Below are positions 43,901 through 57,100 of a stretch of DNA of 64,000 bases, one piece after another; position 1 is the stretch's first letter; every line of letters begins with the position of its first letter. The stretch spans positions 1-64,000 of the forward strand of contig QPGO01000101.1 of assembly GCA_008632985.1 (NCBI GenBank). Reading direction: 5' to 3'. The position numbers and the translations under genes are program-made. This stretch comes from Psammoneis japonica. Its lineage: Eukaryota. The notes beneath the pieces are model-generated. The model saw nothing but the letters and a program-made list of their open reading frames with translations. It did not search any database and was not told where the DNA came from.

Positions 43901-46900
43901 TTGTTTCTGTGTCACAAAGATCCACTTCATTGACCTCATGCATCAAGTCTTGGTTGATGCAACAAGACCCACAAAAGCTCCTTTGAACACAACAGGTCTG
44001 TTTTTGCATGAAATGCTCCACAATTCAACATTTCCTTCACAGCACAAATCACATCTGCCTCTTTTTGTCAATCAGCACTCTGCTTCTGCAGCTGCAAAGT
44101 TGAAGGAAGTTGTCAAAAACAACCACACACTGCCATGGTGATTTGCACAAAAAACACATGGCAGCACTTCATGAAGCTGTTCCCGCATGTCCTTGTGGTG
44201 TGAAAGCTTTTGTTGCCAGTTTGAAAGTGCTTTTTGTGCCACACCAAAAAACCACCATCTTGTTTGACCAGTTCTGGAGATTCCTGATGATTGTTCATGT
44301 GTGCAGCTGGAATGTTTTGTTGACTTGCACACTTGCAAGGACAAACAAAACTTTGCTCCCAAGAACAATCACCCTTTGTGTGTTTTGTGGTGCAATTTGC
44401 ACAACGAAAAGTGGAAATGAAGAGCAACAACCACTTGTTTTGATGCACTCCAGTGCAGGTCTTGTTCATGTGTTGAAGCATTCACAAGAACAAAGATGCT
44501 GTTTTCCAATCATCAAAGCAATTGCAAGTTGGTGAAAAAGCTCGAAAATTGCACAAATGTTTTTTTCAGTGCAGGTGTTGACCTGGCACTGGAACACTTC
44601 TCCCAGCAGACAACCTTGACATCCCAAGACAGCCAAAACACCGTTGCTGCTGATGCACAGTTGCAGTGCCAGATCCCACTTGAATTTTGTGACTGCATCA
44701 ACTGTGCAATGCCCAGTGCTTCTCTCATTTTCAGTGGATCACAAACGTGTTTTTTGAGCCAACAACCCTTTTTAGATTTGCCATTCATGGAAATGACAAA
44801 CGACAAATCAGGCCTTGGATGTGACCCACCTTCCAGAATTGCAAATGAAAAAACTGCAAATTTCTGGCACACAAAAAGGATCAGAAAGTGTGCGTCACCA
44901 TGACAAAATGACAGCCTGCACTTTCTTGATGAGAGGACCTTGCAGAGGCCCAAAATGAGCACTGCTTTGTTGCATTTTGTGAACTTGCATGTGGCCACAT
45001 TGAGACATGGGAGCAGAGCAGACATGTGGGGGTTCAGGGGCCAAAGGAGAATGAGGCATGTGTTGTGTGAAAGCATTTTGCTTGTTTTTGTGACGCAGGA
45101 TGACTTTCAAAACATGGAGACACACAGACATGCAATGTGGGCCAAGCTGTGTTGACAGAAGTTGACATGTCCTTGAACAGACAGTGACACATGACACAAT
45201 CTGTCACCATCATTGCCGTTGACCATGGATCAAGATTTCACTTGTTGCAAACAATGTCAAAGCCGGGCAAACATTGACACAACTCTCCTTCTTGCAGGTG
45301 ATTGCTGATCAAGTGACAGGAATCCTCAAAGTCATCACAGTTGTTGACCATTTCCTCCAGCAACTCATGGCAGTTTTCATGGTTTTCATGCAAATGGTTG
45401 GCGAGTGGGCGCACTTGTCCATTGATCCAAAAATGCTCCCCATCTGCTGTTTGCAACATCCCCATGACTGACTTGGCCATGCCGGCATCATTGTCGTGGA
45501 TGTTGCATTGGGGTTGTTCACATCCCCAGTGCACAACCGTGCACAGACTCCCGACAGTTGTTTGGATGGATGGTTTGGGCACAATCTGCTTTGCATTTTG
45601 GATTCTTCAGATCATCAAATGCACCCAATCCACTTGGAACCCAGCTGGCAGCAGGTGACATTGCAGCTGAAAGATCACTGAACCCAGCCATGTGCTGAAC
45701 AACTGGTTGTTGAAAAGCAACAGCTCTTGGGTTGGGCTTCAAGTGTCCGTTGGTGGTTTTTCACACAAGCTGCTCTTGCTGCTTGGCACTCTGTTGCAGG
45801 AAATGAATCCAGGTCATGTGTTTTTCCAACAGGGAATGAAGAATGAACAGCTTCCCTTTCCCAATCAGACTTTTCTTGTTGGACTTGAGCAGATCCCAGC
45901 AGCTTGCACTTGGCCATTCAAACACAAAGCCAAAATTTTGAAAATTGATTCCTTGAACAAGTGGTGGTGCGGTTCTTTCTTGAAAAGCGACATGAGCAAC
46001 TTGCAGTGTCAGATGGCAAAGAGATGTCCCCAATCAGCAGAAAAAGTGGGGCACCAGTGTGGGTCACCCTGGAGTCAGAGATGTCAACCACAGAAGTGCC
46101 AGCTCTGCTGCTGGCAACATTGTCAAAGACACCCAGTTCAGGAGCATCAACAAAAGACAAGAGATCACCTTTGCTGTTGACTGGGACACTGGCAAATTCT
46201 GCAGCCAGACTCTTTGCCAGGACTGACAGAAGCACCGCTGCAGCTGGAATCAGGAGAAACACCCAACTTGGAGACACCACTGCCACAACCAATGCTGGCA
46301 GTGTCGCCACCCTGGGCAAAACCTTCTGCACAGCTGCAACCACCTTTGGTGGCAGCCACACCCAGCCTGGCACCAGGGACATCACACAAACTGGGAGTGC
46401 TGCAGGAGCCACCCACAACAGGATCAGTTTCAACAATGACAATCCCATGTGCTGCAGGTGGCCTCCCTGCATGACCCTGCCCTTGGTGTGAATTGCACAC
46501 GAGGCACACATGACAGCCCAAAAATCTCCCAACATTGTTGACGTGCTTCGCGGGTGATGTGTGTGATGTGTTTTTGTGCACAGCTTTGTCACTCGACTTG
46601 TCTCTTCAAGCATTGCAGTCAACAAATCCCAGTGCAACCTTGTCTTCCACTGCACTTGATGCACTTCATGCTGTGTTTCTGGGATTTGATTGGCTTGCCT
46701 TGTTCTCAAATGATTGCCTCATCAACCACCAATCAGAAAGCATGTGACAATGCATGTGAATGAGGCACAAAAACTTCCAACCCCATTTTGTTGTCAAGAA
46801 GCATTTCCAGATGAAGCAAGAAAGATCCAGGTGACAACAGTGGAGTGCACACATGCAGAAGCCGCTGTGGGTCCCAACTTCATGCTTCCAAGTGCAGCAA

Positions 46901-48880
46901 CAAAACTCCCTTTTTCTTGCCAAAATGCACTTCCAGCCAACTGATGTCATGCCAACACAAAGTTCTCAATGGCTTTTGGGGTTGCAAGCAGAGGGTTGCG
47001 TTGGCCACAGAGCTGCAGCTGAAAATCATCCCTTGCACTTTTGCGTGCAATGAGGTGCTCTGCAAAAAGTCAGCTCCATTTTCAAATGCCCAACACCATG
47101 AACAACACACACCCAATCTGTTCTTGCAAGACATTGGTTTAAAAAGCAGGAGACTGACAATGCTCCAGGGAGTGGGGGCGCAGTGATTTGCCGTTGGCTT
47201 GTCATTTTTTGTGGCTTGGCCCAGGAGGTGCAAGAAAAATCAAAATTTTTATTTTCCCTTGTTTTTTCCCTCTTTTTTGAACTTTTGTGCCTCATCTTGC
47301 AGCAAGCAAAGCATGATGCAAGTGAATGGACAGCACTGCTGCCCAAAAATCCACACTGAGCCATGCTGCACTGGCATCTGAGTGCAACTTTCTGGGGTTG
47401 ACAATCTGCTGTGGCTTTGGGCATCGGGTGCATGGATGTGGCAAGTGCGCGCTTCTGTGCATCACATGTTTGATGATTTTGTCCTTGCCACATTCTTGCA
47501 GCGTGCCACCATGAGAGAGCAGGGAGCATGCAGAAGCTTTTGTTGCCACAGGTGGATTTGGTTGCTGCTGACCTGTTGGGGTTCTCATTTGTTCAGAGCG
47601 CAGTCAAAAATTTTGTTTCATGGACAGGCTTTTTTTCCAAAATGGTCCTCCCCCCAAGAGGCCTTTTTTGGTTTTGGCAGCTGGGGTCATTTGGCAAGAT
47701 TTGAATTTGAGGTGGAGCATCCTGCAAAAATTTGAAGGTGAGAGGGTCGCGAATGACTCAAATTGGAGTTCTCATCATTGGCATTGAAGCAAGCTCAGTG
47801 CATGCAGATGCACCCATGGGATTGGGTGAAAGGTGCAAACCTCAATGATGGATTCTTTGGGGCAGAAGCAAAATCGTCCAGCGCCATTCACAAATGAGAT
47901 TTGTTGCATTTTTGCTGGCAAAAATCAATGCAAAAAATTCAAACTTCTGCAAAATTGACCAAGGCTGCAGCTTTGGAAAGACCGCAGTGTTTGAAAACAA
48001 TGATGAAGAGAAAACAAGGGGAAAAAGGCAATCATCCAGCTGTGTGGGGGCAGCTCTTCACAAACTGTGCAGAAAATGTGCTGGAATTTGTGCAGAATCC
48101 CATGACAACACAATTCCATTTCCACAATGACAAGCAGAAACACACACAGTTTTCCAGCACAAATTTGATGGCAATGCCACAGACAGAGTCATTGTCAATG
48201 TGCCAATCACTGCATCATTTTGGGGTTTTTGACATCAGAGTTCCTCACTTGGCTCTGAATTTTCTCAGACAAGGAAAGACAAGGAAGTGAGACAAGGAAA
48301 AATTAGTTGGTGATTCAAAGTGTGGTTGCAACTGTCGTGATCCTTTCACCCAGCTGTTGATTTGTCCAGAGCTGGTGGCTGCTGGGACACCTCTTTTTGT
48401 GCGCCAGCTGTTGATTTTTCTGGAGCTTGTGGCTGCTGAAACACCTCTTTTTGTGTCAATGAGTGAGGCAGACGCCATTGGGGGGCACTTTCTCAAGGAC
48501 AAAAAGATGTGCTTCCATGATGGTCTCTTCAAGCATGCTGCCTGCTCCAATGAAGCCCAAGAGGCTGCTCGCACAGGCACAGTGTGGCAGCAGAACCTGG
48601 TGCAAAAGGCCTTTGTGCCTGCCCTGCTTGTGCTTGGGTTTTCTTGTGCCTCTCTTTTCACTGGCACACTTGCCAAAGAGAAACAGCACAGCATGCTGCT
48701 CATCAGCAGCTTTGACAGGAAAGGTTTGAGAGCAAAAGCAGAACATTGGCTGTTGCTGTGCAAGTTGTGAAAATCCGGAGTCTGGGCAGCAGCACAGCCG
48801 CAGGAAAAAGCTTTTTTGTGTTGTCCATTTTTGGGTTTTCTCTCATGTCTCTTGCCATTGACACACTTGTCACAGCAAAA
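41000..48880. other. TpA- and CpG-depleted block containing unidentified decayed coding sequence
   Basis: TA is nearly absent between the Lhcf promoter and the beta-helix gene promoter. Confidence 0.9.
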
Positions 48881-49145
48881 TGTAGATGTCATGCATTGAC
48901 ATTTTGGGCAGGAAACGGTTTGGTGGCAAGATCAAACATCGATCATTGCCACATTTGGTTTGTTGTTTCCGTCTTCTGTCGCGGCGCAAAACGTCCGGCC
49001 GTTGTACGTGCGAATTGAAGGATGGCGTTCTCTACTCGACTCCTCTCCTCCTTTTCCTCTTCTTTTTTTCATCGTGACCGGACACAGTATGAAAATTTCG
49101 ATTTTTCGCGGATTTTCGTGCAACCCCCCATGACCCATAAGCACC

Positions 49146-50012
49146 ATGAAGACGCCTTCGCTGCTGGCTTTAACATTGGCCCTCACCTTGTCCTCTTCTG
49201 TCGTTTCCTCATTGGAGCAGATCAAAGGTGCCCGATCCTCCCATCGGCGCAAACTGAAAAGCAGCACAGGAAAAGGAGGAAAAAAGGGCGCGTGTTCTGT
49301 TGGAGCGACCGTTCTTTCTACCTGTGATGACACTCTTGCTACTGACAACGAGCTGGTCGTCCTCTACGACGATCTTGATTGTTCGTCGTTTGATGGAATC
49401 AATGGAGTCACCATAACAGGAAACGGAATCGTTTTGGACTGCAAGGGCAACAAAATCATTGGCAACTCCAGTGCAACAAGCACTGCGATGGACGGCATTT
49501 CCATCACTGGAAATGTCGACACCATCCAGAATTGTGTCGTTGAAGAATGGAGCAATGATGGAATTGAGGTGAAGGGTCAAGGAACAAAAATCATTGGTGC
49601 TGTTTCTACCAAAAACTTTTATGGACTCTTCCTCAGTTCGAGTGGTTCGGCAACCATCTGGGATTCCTGTTTTGATGAAAATCATCAGAACGGAGCATTC
49701 CTCTCAACCTCAACCTCTTTGCATGCCACCAAGTCAACCTTCAACAAGAATGACAACAACGGAGTCACTTCTAATGGGCAGGTCACCCTTGTTGACAGCG
49801 AAGCGCTGATGAATGGTCGGCGTGGCATTTACGGACGTGCCGCGTCCACGGTCCTTCTGCACAATGTGCGTGCCTGCGACAACGACCAAGATGGCGTTGG
49901 CAGGGATGACGTGAACGTCCTTGGCACAGGCACAACCGACGACGTCTTCAATTCTGTAACCTGTGATACCAGCGACACCCCAAGTGGCGACATTTGTGTA
50001 TGTGAATGTTAG
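49146..50012 (+). CDS. secreted right-handed parallel beta-helix (pectin-lyase-like) protein with an RXL site and a KGGK motif
   Basis: Signal peptide, HRRKLKSSTGKGGKKG, DLDC..GVTITGNGIVLDCKGNKIIG, repeated N-x-x-x-G-I/V motifs. Confidence 0.75.
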   Translation: MKTPSLLALTLALTLSSSVVSSLEQIKGARSSHRRKLKSSTGKGGKKGACSVGATVLSTCDDTLATDNELVVLYDDLDCSSFDGINGVTITGNGIVLDCKGNKIIGNSSATSTAMDGISITGNVDTIQNCVVEEWSNDGIEVKGQGTKIIGAVSTKNFYGLFLSSSGSATIWDSCFDENHQNGAFLSTSTSLHATKSTFNKNDNNGVTSNGQVTLVDSEALMNGRRGIYGRAASTVLLHNVRACDNDQDGVGRDDVNVLGTGTTDDVFNSVTCDTSDTPSGDICVCEC

Positions 50013-50595
50013 GTACATTGCCCCACTAGAAGTACAAGAGTAGTGGCACCCACCAGTGCTGTAGTCTAGAATAATGCTAGACCTAAAGTAGTTGTTCTTC
50101 CTTTGAACAAGCGAGGTGCTATCCTTTTCTCCAAGCCGTCGTATGCTGTTATTCGAGGAGCGACATACAACTAGGATGCCACGAAAATAAAATAGGTAAA
50201 ATTTTGACTACGGTACAGTAAGGCTGTTCGTGTCTTTCGCTCTAGATTGCCAAACGCAAGCTCAAGAGAATTCATCAATGATAACACACAGTCTTTCGTT
50301 TCATCACCAACAACGCATAAATAGGTGCAGTGAGTGCTGCAGTCTGTAAAATCCAACGTGACTTCGAGCGGCGCCTGCAGTGTTGTTGCATGACATCAAA
50401 ATCATAGAGTCGCCGGATCCATGTTGCGTGCTTCACCACCCACCGCAATCACAATAGCTTGCATTATCAGCCCATTGAAAAATCACGTCCTTTGTTTGGC
50501 GCTTTTTGTATATATTTTTCAAAAAGCTTGAATGCCTTCGAGCACCTATGCCGGTCAGCCGCATTTCATCCAGAGTGATACCTCATTCCTGCGGG

Positions 50596-51459
50596 TCAAT
50601 ACCCCATCCTAAAAGAAGACAACTTGAACTGATGTTCAAACACCTCTAGGTCTTCCAGGGCAGGTCTAGCGTGCTTTGTAAGTTTCTTGCCAATTTTAAT
50701 GATTGCTTGATTCAAAAGATGTTCCAGACCTGCCAACTCGCCAGCGCCGTTCAGTAAATACAAGGTTTTAATGTCCTTGTATCGCTGTCGGTCAAAACAA
50801 AGAGACGACTTGGTACCGTTTTCAAACACTGGATAGTGTCCTCTGTAGCTTTTTCTCACAGCAATCTCGAATATGACAGACTCGTCATTCAAGGAGATTA
50901 CATCGATACATAAGGATTAATCGAGCATCCACAATTCGAATAGCTCCGTAGCAATACCCGCTCGGAACTGATTGCCTGGCAATGCTTTCGGAACCAATAC
51001 TTGGGAGGAGTTTTGTGATATTCGATGGTACACATCTCACACCATTTGCCTATCCGCAAGGTACTCGCTTGTTTTGGCAAGACTGTAATTGGATTCTGTT
51101 TTGAAAGATAACATTGCATCGCTTTGTAGTATTTTTTAAAAGTTTCGCCTTGTATCACAAAGGGATCCAATCATACATGACGCTGAACGAGCCTCTTGGC
51201 AAATCAATCCTGAATGACGCTGCACGAGCCGCAACTTGGCAAATCGAATGGAAAAAGAACTGCCAGAGCAGCTGCTCGTGAGCATCACTAAGGGTGGAAA
51301 TGACGTCGCTTTGCTGTTCTTCTCGTAAATTTCGCTTCGAATCACTCTTTCTTCTTTGATGCCTTTGTTACTCTTTACAGAGGATGGTGGAGTCTCTAAA
51401 CGATCCACCGAGAACCAGAGAACTATAAAGGCCAACACCATCAACGTCACTGCAGACAT
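50596..51459 (-). pseudogene. fragmented membrane-anchored hypothetical gene (frameshifts or unrecognised introns)
   Basis: MSAVTLMVLAFIVLWFSV...LTSSCSGSS followed by successive ORFs 50898-51170 and 50596-50892. Normal composition. Confidence 0.4.
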
Positions 51460-51620
51460 CCTGCGTGGGGGGCATATGCAACGACTGCTGTACTTCTTCT
51501 GTGAAAGACTGTTACGAGTACACACAAAACTGTGCAGAAACTCTGGGAGCCACGGCCTTTTCAGAAATTGGAACAGAGCATGCCACCATACCGGTACATC
51601 CAGTCCTCACAACACTGACA

Positions 51621-51867
51621 AGTCACGACTTAGACGTCATCTGGTCGCAGAACACGACTGCCAACCAAGACATCGAAATTATTAGCCTCGAGATTCGAAA
51701 TAATTAGCCACCGCTTGAAACGCAAATCGGATTGTAACGAACTTTGTTCATAATCTTTAGACAACGACAGTTGACAACGTCCGTTCACCTCTTTGCTATT
51801 GCTATTGTTACTTCTATCAACGAGATCTCCGTTGACTGCTTGTCAGCCTCGGAACAGTACATCGAGT
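51621..51867 (+). repeat. 5' LTR
   Basis: Aligns without gaps to 58522-58768. Confidence 0.95.
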
Positions 51868-51880
51868 GGTCATGAGCCCA
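51868..51880 (+). promoter_or_regulatory. primer-binding site, half-tRNAiMet type (GGTCATGAGCCCA, cf. GGTTATGGGCCCA)
   Basis: Lies immediately after the 5' LTR and resembles the copia internal-tRNAiMet PBS with a TA->CA change. Confidence 0.6.
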
Positions 51881-51987
51881 ATTTACGCGACGGCGCCGAG
51901 CTTCTAGCCGAGTTTGCCGCCACGGACGCCATTTTTGAAGCAAACCCGGGAAAGCAGCGAGTTTGAAACGCACTTCTCGTCTTCACC

Positions 51988-54100
51988 ATGGCACCAACTC
52001 CTCCACCCTCACCCACGAGCACTGGGACCGGCGCCGCGACGCCGAACACCAAGCTCATGAAAGACCTGCTGTCGGTGTTCTCCGGCACGGGAATCAAGAA
52101 CGAACCGCCGCCAACTCCTCCACTTCGAGGCGGAATCCACAAGTCCCATGGAGTGCACATTGGTGGTTCGAAACTCAACGACACCCATGACCAGACCGAG
52201 CCGCGTGCTTGCCGATTCGCACCCCAGCGTCGTCACCCCAAGGCTGTCGATTCGATCGAGCGCTCTCTCCGAGACCAACAAGCTTCCGCGATGACCTCCA
52301 AGTTCAACGGACGACTTGAGATTTCAAATGGCCCTGTCAACGAGCTCGACAAGGATCACTTTGTAAAGACCATTCAAGATTTAGTTGAAGCTCATGGACA
52401 GGAGACGTTCTGCCACGTGAAGAAATCGGATGGGACGGTCGCCTGCATTTTTGACAATCTCCACGAGTTTTCAGCAACGGATCTATGAAACGAATGCACC
52501 ACCCATTCGGCAGCTTCGGACAACTCAGCCTACGATGACATCGAGAACGACAACATCGGGCTCTCCCAGCTGCTGGCATCATCTAGAATCACAAATTCCT
52601 TCCGTGAGAAAATCGACACCAAGTTCAACCATTTGAAAAACTTCAAGAACCACCCGGGGTCCACACTTTTCATGATGGCCCTGGATGTGTGCAATGCCAG
52701 TGCTCCAGCTGACGTTGAAAGTGCCAAGATGGATCTAGAGGAGCTCAGTCCATCCAAATGTCCTGGAGAAGATTGCACGGAACTCGCTGCCGAAGCCCTC
52801 CGACTCATCAAGATTGTGCAGACGGACTGCGCCGCACCGCCCAATGCGGGCTCCAAAATTTTGCACAAGGCATCCAACACGTCCTCAGAGCACTTCAATC
52901 GCTCAGTGCACAACAAGTTTGATGATGTTAAACTGATGGAACGCAAGCACCGCTTGAAGGACCCTGCCGCAATCAAGTCGGACAGTTCCTGCGCGACCCT
53001 CGGACCGGTTGGCATCATCGCATGGATCCAGGAGGAGCACAATGAACTCGTCAAGGATAGAGAGTGGCCTGCTTTGGCAGCGAAACTTCCTGAGAGCAAC
53101 CTGTTGTCCGCTGACAAGCCTGCCAAGACGAAAAGTTGTTGGGGATGTGGTCTCGAGGGTTGCACCAAGAAGACCTGCCCCAAGTGCAGCAAGAATCAGC
53201 CTTCCGCGAACTCCGAGCGCGAATCCTCGGGACCGTCCGACCCCAAGAACAACAAATTGCGCATCGCCGCGTGGCGCATCAAGTTTGTTGGGGATGCTGC
53301 TGCGGATCCGAAGGGGCGCCCGTACAAATGGTGTGCGAAATGCAGAGCCAAGGGTTCGGACAAACCCGGACTCTACCAGCGACACTCTACCGCGGAGCAT
53401 GCGGAGGATTTCAAACGCCCTCCGAAGGAAGAGCCGTCCGGGAACTTGTCTTCCGTTGAGGACCCTGATCATGGAGTGCCCATGGGTCCCCCGGCACAGA
53501 CAGACAGGGAGCCCTCCGATGAGGAATCGGACCCGAGCGAGTTGATTTTTACAGGCGTCTGGTGTGCCGCTGCTGACGCGGCCGACGACCCTGACTTCCT
53601 TGCTGCCCGCATTCCTGCTACGGTGCTAGTTGCTCCTGCACCTTCGGCCGAGAGGGAGAGCGATGAGGATGTTAGCATGGATGTGAGTTGCATTCAAACG
53701 AGCTCACATGTCAATGTCCCAGTTGGGGATCGAGTCGTCCCTCCAGTCGTGGTTGAGACAGTGACTCCCGAAGACGCAGACGATTTTTTTGAATGCTCCG
53801 ATGCTTTGTCTGCTTTTGAGGACTTGCCTCCGGCTGTTGAGCTGTTCCCGGCCTCCAAGATGCATTCGATCAAGAACCCCGACGAGTTTTTCGACGCACC
53901 CGTGATCCTCACGGACATGCTGTCAGACGTCGTGTTGCACGACCTCGTTGTTGAGCACGACACACACTTTGAAGATGCCTGCGATGACTCACCTCCGAGC
54001 ATTGCGTGCCATGGTTTTGATTTTTATGACCCAGAGAACATTGGCCTGGATGATTGTCAGGCAGAAGACGAAGAAGAGACCTCTTCGCGTCGGTCTCTCT
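51988..54100 (+). pseudogene. gag region of the copia element (in-frame TGA at 52486, frameshift near 54100)
   Basis: ORFs 51988-52488 and 52633-54396 share a frame. CWGCG zinc-knuckle-like and YKWCAKC...H motifs. Confidence 0.7.
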
Positions 54101-57100
54101 GGGGAACGAGCCAAACTCTTCGTGTTCTGGCTCGCCGCCATGTTTTGGGAGACAGTGTTGCATGTCTGCTTTGCCCCTGTCCCTCATTTGCCTCGAGCAC
54201 TATGCCGCCGACGCAAAATCCCTACCCCTGCATGGGTTCCCAGCATCATGGATGGTCCTTTCCGTGGCCGTCATGGTCTGGACGTCTGTCTACGTTGGTC
54301 AGCTACCCATCTGTCCATTTTCGGACGTACCAAGCCGACTCTCGACCGCTGGCTCCCAGGTCTACGACACAATTGGCGAGCTCGACGACCGCATAGAGTT
54401 AGACGCTGGAGCTCTGTTCGAATGCAACAAAATCAAGGGCAAACAAGTGCTCACCGAGTTCGTCTCGCGCCATCCATCGCACGCGCTCAGCAAGCGACTT
54501 CAAACCCGCTGGAAGCAAGTGTCGCTGCTAGAGGAGTCAGCAGCGGTCGATGAATCAGCCTGTTTCGATTCCTGTGAGGAATTAGAACCTCTCGACGACC
54601 AAAAGTACTTCTTCGACGCCCAGGACAAGCTCTGTCCCGATTTCTTTCGGTTCGACGAGCTCTGCATCCCTCATCACGTGGTTGACACTACGAAATTTCA
54701 AGATCCTACAGCTTTGTTGGAAGAAGCACGTGTCAGTTCAGTTGTGTGCAACGCGTGTGCGCTTCAGGTGCTCACCGGAAAGTCCGAAGCCGAGTTGCCA
54801 GCAACTGACCCGCAAGCTCTCATCGGTCTGTCCGACGAAGACCTGACGGTTGTCATGGACACAGGAGCCTCTTTGGCCATCACACCAGATAAAAATGACT
54901 TCATTGGCCCCATCACGGTCCCCAACAAGCCCTTGAAGTTGGGCGGGATGTCGAGCGGCCTCACTGTTCAAGATGCAGGTGCATGTGGCAAGCGTGAGGG
55001 CGATGGCCAGACTTTTCGCATCATTGTCGACGGAGCAGGAAAGTTGGTCGTGCCACATCATCCATCAAATCACTCACCTGCTGCATCCATGTCAAAGGGA
55101 GCATCTGAAGCTCCCCAGATGAACCCACTTGTTCTCAACGAAGAAAACCAAAACCTGACAGCCGGTCAGAAGCTTCTGTTGGAGACACATGCCAAGTTTG
55201 GTCATTTGAATTTCGCACGAGTTCAATCGATTTTGCACACTGTTCCGTTCCTTTCGAGCCGTTTCAAGTGCGCGTCAAAGTGCGATCTCCCACGTTGCGA
55301 GGCATGTGAACACGCCAAGGGTCACCGACGCTCTCTTGGTTCCACCCGCAAAACGACAGTCCCTGAACGCGACGGGGCCCTTCGCGCTGACCATCTTCGA
55401 CCGGGTCAGGCTGTCAGTGTCGATCATTTTGAATCACGTCTCCTCGGCCGGACTTGCAACTCCTGCAGGAAGGCCACGTCCAAGCAGTGTAAAGGAGGAT
55501 GCATTTTTGTCGATCACGCCTCAGGATGTGTCCAAGTAGAGCACCAACTCGGGTTCTCCGCTGTGGAAACGATGCGGGCGAAGCAAGCGCATGAGAAACA
55601 CGCGTTGGACCATGGGGTCATTGTTCAAGAGTTTCTCACCGATGGCGGAGTGTTCAAAGCCAACAAATTTGTCCAGCATGTTCGCGAACATGAACAGAGA
55701 CTTCGATTCTGTGGTGCCAATGCCCATCATCAGAACGGCGTCGCCGAGAGATCCATCCACAGTGTGTCCAACATGGCGAGAGCGATGTTGCTTCACGCAT
55801 CAATCCATTGGAAGGGGGGGGTTGACAGCTCATCATGGCCCATGGCAGTTTCTTGCGCCACTTGCATCTACAATGTCACCCCCAATGTCCACGGGTGTTG
55901 CCCTGCAGACATTTTCACAGGTTCAATGGTTCCTCATCATCGCCTGCGAGACATGCACACATGGGGTTGTCCGGTGTACGTCCTTGACCCGGTTCTTGCC
56001 TCCGGCAAGAAACTCCCATGATGGCAACCTCGCACTCGCCGCGGTCTTTTTGTTGGCTTGAGTGCAATCCATTCAAGCGAGGTCCCACAGGTCCTGAACC
56101 TACAAACAGGAAGCGTCACTGCCCAGTGTCATGTGGCGTTTGACGATCTGTTCACTGCCGTTCCTTCGATCGAGAGGGAGACGGAACCACCTGACCACTG
56201 GGAGCAACTGTGTCTCGAGCAGTCCATTTGCATCCCATTGGAGAAAGATCAACCGGTTCACCTTGATGATGAATGGCTTGCTCCTCCAGAGCGTCTTCGC
56301 AAGGAACGAGAGGCAGCTCGAGAGACTCGCACTCGTCAGAATTTCGAGCCTCCGCCTTCGATTTCGGCTGCGGATCAACCCAACTCTCGTCAATCTGACA
56401 CGGATCGAGTCCTGCCTGCGACTCAGGAACCGCCTCCAGTCCCACATGCGACTCAAGTGCTGCCAGAAACCACTGAGCCTACGACAATTCAGCCACCCAC
56501 CGAAAATGGCAACGACTTTCCGCCACCAGAGCCGCCTGAAGCACCTCCCGATTCCACAGCACCTCCTCCTCCGGTCGAACCATCTCCAAGCTCGAACTCA
56601 GAGGGAGCCACAGGGCTGAGACGGTCTTCACGGTCTGCAAAGGGACAGTTTCACTCCACCAAGTTCATCGACGAAGCATTCTTCAGTCCGGCAGAAGAGG
56701 AAACAGAACCGATTGGCCACGGTGCGCAGCTCGCCTGTCTTGCATCACTCGAAACTGATTTTGACAATGGAGAATGCAACATCTACGATCCTAGAGCCTA
56801 CGCAGCATCTAAAAAGATGGCTGATCCCAACATGCCTTCATTGCACAACGCCCTAAAAGGTCCAGATGCCAAAGAATGGATCAAGGCGATGAAGATCGAG
56901 GTCAACACGCTCATTTTGCGTCGAGCTTGGGTCGCAGTCGAACGAACTCCAGACATGAATGCACTGCCTGGGACTTGGGTTTTTAAACTCAAGCACCTGC
57001 CCAATGGCACGCCATTGAAGTTCAAGGCACGGCATTGCGTTCATGGTGACTTGCAGAAGGAAGGAGTCGATTGTTTCGAAACTTGTGCGCCGGCAGTCCA

